NCBI RefSeq assembly: GCF_003918875.1
Contig: NW_025766012.1
Location: 1 to 64,000, forward strand
DNA from: Haliotis rubra
Taxonomy: Eukaryota
Direction: 5' to 3'
Length of the DNA: 64,000 bases
The notes under the pieces are model-generated. The model saw only the letters and a list, made by a program, of their open reading frames with translations, did no database searches and was not told the origin of the DNA. The position numbers and the translations under genes are program-made. This document shows, one piece after another, positions 49,462 through 60,686 of this stretch (position 1 is its first letter; each line of letters opens with the position of its first letter).

Positions 49462-52256
49462 TTTAGATCTCTTTGTAGCATACCCAACACGAAAATGTAA
49501 TATTGGATGTGGTAGAATTATCAATTATGAATCGCCCTGCGCCAGGGGTTGAAATACAGCGTCCGCTTACAGACAAATTAGCAAATAGCCAATCAGTCAC
49601 ATAGCCGTTGGGTTTATAGCATAGCCGCCTGCTATTTCATTCCTGAGTTGGCCAGTACTTGGCTGTGATCCAACTGAGACATCTATAAACCGGACGTTGG
49701 AGGAAGTACCACGTGTCCCTGCCGGCATTGTCCAGAAAACAAAACGAGGACACAAACCTTCCAGACGAATGTTTTGAAATACTACATCACTCATGTTGAT
49801 GACTTTGACGTTTCCGGCCAGATCGAACACTGCATCGTTTCTACTTAACATGTCACATTCCGGGCCGCGGAAAGTACACCAGTCCATGAAAATCACGTCA
49901 ATATTGGTGACGGTGAAGGTCACGTTCAGCCCACCAGCCTGTTTGGAAAACGGCACCATTTTGCATTTGCCAGATGACCACTCTCTGTATCGTCATATCA
50001 TTGTTGTACACCTGAAACGTAATGGGATATCTGATCATTATCGTGTTACATAATATCATCTACATGCCTGGAGTTTAAGGGTGTCTTCTGCGCGGGAATT
50101 CTTTTTCATGTCCATACACATTTATCAACACTGTATTGATCTTATCCTTCAATTATGGTTGTATTGCCTACAGTAATGTTTCAATCTGTGGCCCTAGCAA
50201 TAAATAAAACTATATACATTAGAAACATGACGAATTGATAACTGATAATTAATCTGTAACCATAATTATGCAAAACACACAGAGTTGTTAGATGTTAAAG
50301 TGTACATTACCTTGAGTGAGTCATCATTGGCCATGATAAAGACGTCCTCCACTACGCCTCCTACTCCCATCTCAATGCCGTCGCTATTGTAGGGACAGGC
50401 ACCCACCATCTTTACCTGTTTGATTATGTTGTTTGGACTTCCGGCAAGTATGAAAAACTGCTGGGGGTCGCTTAACGTGATACCTTCAATTGTGTGATTG
50501 GAGCCTCGTGCAGTGTTGATCAACGACCATTGAAATCGTTTGTCATGGAATTTGTACTTTCGGCCTGAACAGATTCCTCTTCCATGGATCTTGACCGTTG
50601 TGTTGTCCTCGGTAATGAACCCTCCATCGACAAAAGCTCCGGCACTGATGTAAACTTCTTTAATGCTGGAGTTTAAACTGACTTGACCACCAAGATAATG
50701 CACACCGACATCAAAGAACAAAACGGAAGGGTCACTGTTAGAGGGAACATCTCTCTTCAGAGGATCAGCAAATATCAGCAACTTGTCGACTATTTCGGAC
50801 TTCCAACTGCCGTAGTCATTATCAAACTCTACAGACATCATGCTAGAATTCCGAGTCACTGTAAACCTTGCTGTATTGTTCCCGACCCTTCTACAAGCGT
50901 ATCCGTAACTTGCTGGACGAACCAGACACTGACTGAAGTCAGTCTGCGTTCTGACCTCAACCACTACTGGACCACTACTGAACGCAAAAGACGACCAGGA
51001 CACAGAGCGGTTGGGATGGACATAGGGAATATCGGCATGTCTGTGGTTCGAGGTCGTCTGGTAAGTGAAGGTACTTGTAACGGTAACATGCCATTCCTAC
51101 TCCAGTGAGAGTAACTAGTGTTATGTGCGCGCCCTTTTTCCTTAATTATTCACGTCTGCACAACTTTCACCCATAACAGTAGGTATCATCTGAAAGATCA
51201 TGTTCTCACATTTCTTAGTGAGTAATCTGTTTTGTTATATCTATAATCTTGGAAACATACCTTCGCTACAAAGTATACCAACCTACTTCCTGTAGCTCAT
51301 TTAAATCCCTATACCCCATACTAAGTTCATATTATGATCATAAGACCCAGGTAGTCTGATAGGGAAGTTTCTCAGCTTGCCATCCACGTATGGATTTATA
51401 ACTTTACCATCACCTTAGTTAGTAATGTCGTATGCTTTCGGAATTGAAAAAGCACAATTCCTTGGGACTGGCGGGTCTGAGAGGGTTGTCCAGTTAATTG
51501 TTTCTTCCGACGTCCGCCCATTCCCCTTATCTAGACCATGGTAAAGCCCATCAGTGCCGAACATCGCCACTGCTCTAAGGAACATAGGGAGGACCTCGGG
51601 AAGCCGGACATGGGTAAATATGGTACACCTCCTTCATATGCTCTATGGGGTTGCTTTGAATAAGCCAACTGTCAGGATTTATATTGACTAGACTTCCAGA
51701 GAGTATGTCTATGTCTATTCCGTCTTTTTAAGCCTTATGAAGAATTATATTTAGTTCCTAGACTTATCCCCGGTCCGTGCTTCCCTAGTCCATAATCTAT
51801 TTTTGTGTTTGATCCACCCCGTTCCACTATTTGTAATTGTCTGGCAGTGACCATTGTGTCTTGTACTCTATGATTGAAGATAACAATATAATGTCATTTT
51901 CACGCAACCTGTGTTTGTTCATCTTTGACTCCTAGTATAGTAGTTTGTGAAAACATCCTTTGGGACACTAGTGTGGAAGTTTGGTTTGCCTAAAGCTACG
52001 TTTCTGTCTGCTATTTTTATGTTACGGTACGGGAACTAAGTCAGCAGTTCACCAGTATACTGCGAGGGGTCAGGCCGCCGTAACATAAATTGGGGGAGGC
52101 CGCCGTAACAGTACTCAATAATGGATCCCCAAGACCAACCAAATCCTCATACTTATCTGATGCCTCCATGGTCGGAGGTGCAGGGTATATGACCAGCTCG
52201 GACACACACCCGCCCACAACGGCCATTACTAAACAGGTTGCTGAAAGAATCTCCAT
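49462..52256 (-). pseudogene. GH49-like copy B (inverted duplicate of C); exon 1 52256-50311 interrupted by an LTR insertion; exon 2 50011-~49462 with indels
   Basis: Near-identical to copy C. NSDG..NDDSLK|GTAATG; TTTCAG|GTGTAC; 8-bp deletion at ~49912 and 8-bp net insertion at ~49620 relative to C; the stop TAG of C is TGG here. Confidence 0.9.
51076..52110 (+). mobile_element. LTR remnant (solo-LTR-like, 1035 bp) inserted in exon 1 of GH49 copy B
   Basis: TGTAACGG...CCGTAACA termini; 5-bp TSD GTACT (51071-51075 and 52111-52115); the empty site is seen in copy C. Confidence 0.9.
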
Positions 52257-52969
52257 GGCGTTTGTCGGTGACTTAACTAAGATGAATGGCTACCTAGAAT
52301 ATTATTTATCAGAAGCAGGATCATAGCAGATATCCTATATCTCTAATCACTGTGGCCTAGACGACGGGTGTTCCATCTGACAAATACCTTTCTGTTTATC
52401 TATGTATACAAGATAACGTATACAGAGTGTGTCTCAGGTTACATTTCTCTATGTCATAACATATTGTTGCATTGCAGATAAAGAATAGTATTGACAGGTG
52501 TTCCAATAAACTCTCTCGAAACATGGTTGTATATGAAGCCTCAACGACTAAACCATACATGGGCATGTGCACCAGCTGTCATCCAATTAACGCTGCATAT
52601 GAACAGGAATTTCTGCTTTTCCACTCAATGTGCAAAAATCAAAGTTCAATGTAAATCAATGCAAAACACATGAACACATACAATACTGTTGTATCTATAC
52701 GCGTAAAAGGCAGACAGGCCCATACACCTCTTCAAACCTAACAAACAATAACATTGGGGCCATGCCAGCATCAAAGTCACGTGATTCACTAGCATGCTAC
52801 CCATACAGAACACGCTATCCACAGAAATAATATATCTGTCCCAGATGTTGGAATGCACGTCTTGTATGGGCTCATGTACTCGTTATCCGATCCTGTACAT
52901 ATCAATCGACTTGATAAAAGATTCATTATCAGGTAGCCATTCATCTTAGCGAAGTCACCGACAAACGCC

Positions 52970-54642
52970 ATGGAGATTCTTTCAGCGATCTGTTTAGTAA
53001 TGGCCGTTGTGGGCGGGTGTGTGTCCGAGCTGGTCATATACCCTGCACCTCCGACCATGGAGGCATCAGATAAGTATGAGGTTTTGGTTGGTCTTGGGGA
53101 TCCATTATTGAGTACCTTCACTTACCAGACGACCTCGAACCACAGACATGCCGAGATTCCCTATGTCCATCCCAACCGCTCTGTGTCCTGGTCGTCTTTT
53201 GCGTTCAGTGGTGGTCCAGTAGTGGTTGAGGTCAGAACGCTGACCGACTTCAGTCAGTGTCTGGTTCGTCCAGCAAGTTACGGATACGCTTGTAGTAGGG
53301 TCGGGATCAATACGGCAAGGTTTACAGTGACTCGGAATTCTAGCATGATGTCTGTAGAGTTTGATAATGACTACGGCAGTTGGAAGTCCGAAATAGTCGA
53401 CAAGTTGCTGATATTTGCTGATCCCCTGAAGAGAGATGTTCCCTCTAACAGTGACCCTTCCGTTTTGTTCTTTGATGTCGGTGTGCATTATCTTGGAAGT
53501 CAAGTCAGTTTAAACTCCAGCATTAAAGAAGTTTACATCAGTGCCGGAGCTTTTGTCGATGGAGGGTTCATCACCGAGGACAACACAACGGTCAAGATCC
53601 ATGGAAGAGGAATCTGTTCAGGCCGAAAGTACAAATTCCATGACAAACGATTTCAATGGTCGTTGATCAACACTGCACGAGGCACCAATCACACAATTGA
53701 AGGTATCACGTTAAGCGACCCCCAGCAGTTTTTCATATTCGCTTAAAGTCCAAACAACATAATCAAACAGGTTAAGATGGTGGGTGCCTGGCCATACAAT
53801 AGCGACGGCATTGAGATGGGAGTAGGAGGCGTAGTGGAGGACGTCTTTATCATGGCCAATGATGACTCACTCAAGGTAATGTAACACTTTGACATCTAAC
53901 AACTCTGTGTGTTTTGCATAATTATGGTTACAGATTAATTATCAGTTATCAATCCGTCAGTTGTGTCGAAGTATAATCCAGGATAATCAGCATAATGTTG
54001 GTAAATGTGTATGGACATGAAAATGAATTCCCGCGCAGAAGAAACCCTTAAACTCCAGGTATGTAGATGATATTACGTACCACGGTAATGGTCAGATATC
54101 CCATTACGTTTCAGGTGTACAACAATGATATGACGATACAGAGAGTGGTCATCTGGCAAATGCAAAATGGTGCCGTTTTCCAAACAGGCTGGTGGGCTGA
54201 ACGTGACCTTCACAGAGTGAAAGTCACCAATATTGACGTGATTTACATGGACTGGTGTACTTTCCGCGGCCCGGAATGTGACATGTTAAGTAGAAATGAT
54301 GCAGTGTTCAATCTGGCTGGAAACGTCAAAGTCATCAACATGAGTGATGTAGTATTTCAAAACATTCGTCTGGAAGGTTTGTGTCCTCGTTTTGTTTTCT
54401 GGACAATGCCGGCAGGGACACGTGGTACTTCCTCCAACGTCCGGTTTATAGATGTCTCAGTTGGATCACAGCCAAGTACTGGCCAACTCAGGAATGAAAT
54501 AGCAGGCAATAAACCCAACGGATATGTGACTGATTGGCTATTTTCTAATTTGTCTGTAAGCGGACGCTGTATTTCAACCTCCGGCGCAGGGAGATTCATA
54601 ATTGATAATTCTACCACATCCAATATTACATTTTCGTGTTAG
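52970..54642 (+). CDS. GH49-like glycoside hydrolase copy C; exons 52970-53875 and 54115-54642; in-frame TAA at 53744-53746 (pseudogene or error)
   Basis: Signal peptide MEILSAICLVMAVVGGCVS; SWSSFAF, SVEFD, IFADP, GRGICSG, NSDG, NDDSLK|GTAATG...TTTCAG|VYNND..WQMQNG..GWW. Confidence 0.85.
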
Positions 54643-55434
54643 GTATGCTACAAAGAGATCTAAATGACTGAAAGAAATTTAAAGAATCCGAGGGTAATAC
54701 AAAGGCTTGAGACGTGTTTCTGAGTTGCTGAGTTTCCGCATATCATTTAATTTCAATGCTGCAATGAATTTTGTTATTTACGCAGGTCGTTGGCCTTTAT
54801 GTGGAAATATATCATTATTGCTCCTCTTCGTTTTTTTTCATATCATTATCATTATCATATATTTGATAACTGAATTTGAACACCCTCATAGTAACCCTTT
54901 CCCTTTTGTATTCTGAAGTAGATGTTTTCAGGAACGTGTTCCTCCTGAGGTACTTACTCGTTGCAAAAACAAATGAAGTGCATGAAGAATGGAAACAACT
55001 GATGATGCATTTGACAGCCTATAGTAAATGATACTACTAATCAGGTTGTCCTAGTATACACAATCTTTCCAGTAAAAGTCAAACATAAAGAAAAAAATGT
55101 TACTTGTGAGACCCTTGTCCATGTTTTGGGTATTACTTGTTACACTTTCGTCGAAAACGTAAATTCAAGACAACATCAGTTTCCGAGTTGTAGGAATGTG
55201 TCGATTTACGACGTGCGTGTGAGTGAGTGTGACAAATATTTGAGCTAATTCAGGGTGAACAGTTTGACAAATGGCTGATTGAATGAAGAACGATCTAACC
55301 CAACCTCGTGTTGTCATACCCGTCAAACATCATCCACAGTACATGGCGACAAGTGTGGGTTCTGAACAGAGCAATCCTCTCGAACAAATATTATAAAGCG
55401 TGTTTTAAAACATAGAATATATTTCCAGCGACTA

Positions 55435-57427
55435 TCATCCAATGATATGACCAGTACCACATGCAAAGTTGATTCTGTTTGTTGTGTGGGTGTCAACAGA
55501 AAAGTGTCCCGCTCCCGCGTCACTGATACAATGGCCGCCATACCGGAGATTGACAAACTCCCAGTTCTGGACATGAGCTCCGCTGTGCCTGCTATATCGT
55601 TATGCATGCTCCTTGACACGGATTCGACATTGATGTTCTCGAAACGCAGATTGCTAACTTTTCCCACAGCTCCATTGTAGAGTTTCCATTCCACCAGTCT
55701 CGGACATTCTCCCTCGATTCTGATGTCCTTCAGAATGATGTCATGGACCTCAAACTCATGGGTGTGGCCGGACACCGTGAAGACGGCGGCATTAGGCTGA
55801 AGGTGACAGTTATCTCCCTTGGTAAGCGCACCAGTCCATGTGTATGATGTCTACGTCGGAGACACGGATACCATGAACTTTCCTGGCCGTCCACCAACCC
55901 ATCTGGAAGATGGCACCGAACTGCATCTGCCACACCACTGTTCGTCTGATGGTCAAGCCCGTATGGAACAGCTGCAATGGATGATGCTCTGGTAATACAG
56001 TAACTCATCTCAAATCTAAAATAGACAAAATTGTTAACACTGCAAGTAAAATCACTGGAGTCAGATTTGAATGTTTATCATCAATATATGAGCGGCAAAT
56101 CGTGAATCAAGCTGTCAAAATCATATCTGACGGTACTCACTACTTAAATTCGGAATACAACCTTCTCCCTTCAGGCCGCCGCTACAAAGTTCCAATTGTG
56201 AAAACTAAGAGAGCCCGTACATCCTTTATTCCAAGTACCATATCTCTCTTAAACCAATGTGAAGATGCCTAAATCAAAGAATTTATGTAAATATGTTTGG
56301 TATCTCTCTAATGTGCCAGTAGCTCTGGTGATGTAACACAAATTCCTGAAAAGGCATTAAAGTATTATTCTATTCTATTCTACATTGTTATGAAATACAT
56401 TGGTATCAACAATACTGCTTAACAATTTAGATAATCATGGTTCATTACCTTTCAATGATTCCGATCATTTAGTGACATATGGTTTATCTGTAACTTGTGC
56501 TGTAACTTATACACATACCTTGATTGAGTCATCATTCGCCATAACGAAACTGTCCTCCACTAAGCCGTCCTCGCCAACGTCAAATCCGTCAGAGTTGATG
56601 GTTCAGCCTGCTACAAATTTGACGTTTCTGACAACGTTGCTGTTTCCAGAACTAACGTAGTAATATTCTTCAGGGTCAACAACAGTGATGCCTTCCAGTG
56701 TGTGATGATCACCTTTTTTCATATTAACCAGAGCCCATTGGAAGTCTGGATCGTGAAACTTGTACATTGCGCCTGATAGGACTCCTCTCCCATGTATTTT
56801 TACTCCCTGGTTTCCCGTTGTCCTGAAACCACCTTGGACATAAGCTCCAGGTGCCAGATAGACTTCCTTGATGTGCCCATCCAGAACCTTCTGGCCATGG
56901 AGGTTGTGCACGCCTACATCGTAGTACAGAACCGACGGGTCATGCCTGGATGGGATGGATGTTTCTGGTGGGTCAGCGAAAACCAACAGTTTGTCCTTTA
57001 TGTCGGCCTCGTTGCTTCCATAGTCGTAGTCAAACTCCACAGACATTAACTTCGTGTTTGCTGTTACAGTGAATAGGGCAACCTTATTTCCTGCTCGGTG
57101 ACACTTGAAGCCATAACTCTTTGGTCGAATGAGACAGTTGCGGAAGTCCTTCTGGGTGTGCACTTCAACAGCGACGGCGGATCCAGAAAAAGAAAACGAC
57201 GTCCACGACACAGATCGTCCTGGCTCGATCTTCAGTAACTTCCCCGAATACTGGACCCTGCTGTCGGAAGTGGAGATGTACGTGAAGCTCCGTTCTTTGG
57301 CACCACCTTGACTGACGTAAATGTTGAACTTGTCAGACGCCTTCTGTCCTTGTGGATGGGGATAGACGGTCAGGTCGCAGGCCACAAGGGGAACGCAGAT
57401 CACTAACGTTAAGAAAAGCGATGCCAT
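55435..57427 (-). CDS. GH49-like glycoside hydrolase copy D; exons 57427-56519 and 55971-55435; TGA at a conserved Trp (56603-56605) and small indels in exon 2
   Basis: Signal peptide MASLFLTLVICVPLVAC; VYLAPGAYVQG, GRGVLSG, NSDG, NDDSIK|GTATGT...TTGCAG|LFHTG..WQMQFG..GWW; ends CGTGHIIG*. Confidence 0.85.
56100..56383 (+). mobile_element. Rex1/Babar-like LINE 3' fragment in the intron of copy D
   Basis: LLPSGRRYKVP..KTKRARTSFIPSTISLLN and (TATTC)n tail. Confidence 0.7.
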
Positions 57428-57468
57428 TGTGGCGATTGTCGGCCCAACACTAGATGTAAGTATCCTAG

Positions 57469-57474
57469 TTTATA
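57469..57474 (-). promoter_or_regulatory. Candidate TATA box of GH49 copy D
   Basis: TATAAA on minus ~42 bp upstream of the ATG. Confidence 0.4.
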
Positions 57475-57699
57475 CAGCCTACTGACCTCTTTGACTATAT
57501 ATCAGATAAGCCATGTTTGTTCCAAGTGTTATGGCGAACAAATGGCACTGTTATATATATTCGTTTACTGGAAATTCGATAGGGTCGTTTGCTTCAATCA
57601 TAATTACTGTTTTCATCTTAAGACAAAATATAGATATTTTTCACTTCAGTTTAATTATGCTATCGGACAGGAAGACCGTAGAGGACTTGTTTTCTTGTT

Positions 57700-58070
57700 G
57701 GCAGACTTATGGGACCATGACTATGATTATATCCGATTTGGAATCACGTGTTGCAAAACATGTTTCTAAACAAATGAGTAAATATAGAACGTCAGCTACA
57801 GAGAATGTTCCGTATCGTTGATCCGCCTAAACAACATACATGTAGTCGCAGAAACTCAGGATAACAGGAGTCATTGAACTAAACCCTGGAGACGATGAGG
57901 CTGTAGACAGAGTTGTTCTGGACGTTCTAAGGGATGTTCACGGTTTTAAAAACGGTCGCAGATATAGACAGTTGTCATAGCATTGGGTAGAAGTAACCAG
58001 GCCAAGTCCAAAGCAGGGTGGTTGAGTTTGTCAGCTACAGGGACAAGAACAAGGCAATGCAAAACAAACG
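57700..58070 (+). mobile_element. Degenerate LINE ORF1 (Transposase_22/L1TD-like) fragment
   Basis: SRRN-LRITGV.E...DIDSCH..G...P...VEFVSYRDK pattern across frames. Confidence 0.45.
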
Positions 58071-58824
58071 AAAACTAGGCACTGTCCCTTTATTCTAAGA
58101 TTTCCTCCCCCAGCACTATTCAAAGCTGGTGAAGTAAACCGGAAAATATTAAAGGTACGCTTGAATTACTCTGTATATCTTTATTTGTTTCTCTCAGTAT
58201 ACATGTATATACAAGGATTCAGTATTTAAGAAACATATAGAACTAGAAAACATCTATGACGACACCTTTTGTACAACGGTATTTCTTCCTAAAACATCTC
58301 TATTTATATGTTCAGCCTAGAGAAAGTAGCCAAGTAAATTGTTGGAGTAGATTTGACAACAGTACTGAATCGGCTTTAGATATTTCTTGTTAGCAATTGT
58401 TGATGATTTAACTGAAAATTGACTTTCTCAAAGAACTCTTCATGTAACCGATATCATCGCTGGAAAGACTCAGCGTAACGTCCTAAAAGAACCCACCAGA
58501 GTCACACAAACTGCAAGTACACTTTAGATCCAGGTATAATTAGTGAGGATATAAATGTCAGAAAGTGGTGTGATAGAATTTGATAAAACAATAAGCGATC
58601 ATAAGTGGACATATTACCATAGATGTAGACATTTCAATGTCGACTCTTAAAGGCAAGTCTTGTGATGGTATTTAAAACAAGCTGAACGCACCTATAGGAA
58701 GTACAGTTTAGTTTTCCTTGTTTTACGATTGTAATAATGTGGATGAACCATGTGATGCGTTTACGAACGCTTCGATGATGAGATAAATGTAGAGTCTATG
58801 TACCGTCTAAAACTGTGTCTGAAA

Positions 58825-59029
58825 GAGTGAGTGAGTGAGTGAGTTTAGTTTTACGCAATATTCCAGCTATATGGCGGCGGTCTGTAAATAATCCATCCTG
58901 GACCAGAAAATCCAGTGATCAGCAGCATGAGCATCGATCTGCGCAATTAGGAACCGATGACATGTGTCAACTAAGTCAGCGAGCCTGACCACCCGATCCC
59001 CGTAAGTCGCCTCTTACGACAAGCATGGG
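58825..59029 (-). mobile_element. SINE (family 2), 5'-truncated
   Basis: (GAGT)n tail shared with family 1; TSD-like GTGTCTGAAAGA/GTGTCTGTAAGA. Confidence 0.8.
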
Positions 59030-59802
59030 GTGTCTGTAAGACTTAATGACAAACTATGTAATGGTATAACTGCAATATCAGACGCGAATGTAGGAAAAGG
59101 GCCAAATTATCAAAGAAAGAAATCGATTTACTTACAAACAGAAAACAGCGTGACAACGTTGGTTACATGACAAGTTTTCAAACCTTGATGAATATATTTT
59201 TTTAACTTTATGCTGTTATAAAATCTTTATATTGGAAATTGGTTCGCAATATCGTAAATGATTATGGCACGCCGAACAGATTTTTATACTCTTAAACGGG
59301 TTGGAAACTGCTTTCAGAACGCAGGACGAAATGTAAGCTGTGTTTATTTGATATCATGATATCGCTTCTTCATTTTCGAAAGATTTATATTATCTGACAC
59401 GGTTTAACTTACGCAACTCGAGTAATCTCTCTTAACCATCTACAACATTAAGGCATTCAATTGATTCTTTTTTTTTTCCTTCAACAATTAAATTGTGAAC
59501 CAGTCTACCATTAGATGTGGGGAAACTTGAATCTGCTTCAGCATTTAAGGCTCAAATACGATTGATTAAAAACTCTGTGCCTCTTTACTTTTCCTATGGT
59601 ATTAGAAAATTACAACTGGTCCGGTATGTCAGTATGAGAATGATGAACATTTATCTTTCATAATTTCCACTGTAATTCCACAGAGAGATGCTGTGTTTGC
59701 TGGTTTAAATAATATTTTACATAATAGAATACCCTTGCCCCGATGTCATTTAACATAGCAATGCAGGTCCCTCCATCAGTGAGAATCAGAATATGTTCAA
59801 AT

Positions 59803-60213
59803 CAGGGGTCGATTTAAGGAAATGAAGTCTACTTGTACCCAGTGCAACCTAAGGAAATCACCTTGTTGCACCAAACAAAACCAGGTTGCACCTGCTGCTT
59901 AATAATCATAAAATCTTATATAATGCTTGAGTTTTGGTAAAGCCGCTTTAGAACAGTATTATAACAATAGGAATATGTAGTTATCTTACTTCCCAAACTT
60001 TCATGAACAGCAAGTCCTTCAGTCACTGTCCTACAATAATCAGAGTCACTGTTCCAAGTCAGTTCCTCATCATTCTGTTTTCCACCTGAAGTCTGTGTTC
60101 TTTGAACACAAAATATTAACATGCACTTGGCGCAGGTTGATATACATAAGATGTTGCATTTAGTAGTTTCAGGTCGCGCCAGTGCAAGTTCTAAATGCTT
60201 AAATCGAGCCCTG
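59803..60213. mobile_element. hAT-type MITE
   Basis: TIR CAGGGGTCGATTTAAG / CTTAAATCGAGCCCTG (15/16); 8-bp TSD GTTCAAAT/TTTCAAAT. Confidence 0.8.
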
Positions 60214-60686
60214 TTTCAAATGTATCCAAATGTATGTAAACGACAATAAAACTAAACGATTTCTCAGATTGTAATTTCATAGCAAAGTATTACTTTTATT
60301 GTTTACTCTCTCCTTTTTTCCATTTTCACACATTCTGTTTATCTATAATGAAAATATACGTATGTAACTGCTCTGAAAGGAAAAGCTTTTTCTAAGTTGG
60401 ACAACTTGTGTCCAATAGTTTTGTTTCATGAATAGGATATGTTTAAACCGAAACAATAAATTCCACATACGATGCAGTCGTACCATATGTTTTAGAAATA
60501 GACACAGTTCCAATTATCCAACACATATTACATAATACTTGATATTCGGGGTTTTATCTCTATAGAAGGTAGGCACTTATCTTAGTGGAACAAGGTTATG
60601 GTGGTTCTGATTAGACGGGATGGTCACGTGCGTCACCAACTACATATGTAAGTTTTGTTGTCAAAGTCGGCAGTTCCCGCCACAGC

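Noticed and set aside
56603-56605. Selenocysteine or read-through recoding of the in-frame stops
   Set aside because: The TGA replaces a conserved Trp (TGG), and the stops in A and C are different codons at different positions; point mutation or error is simpler.
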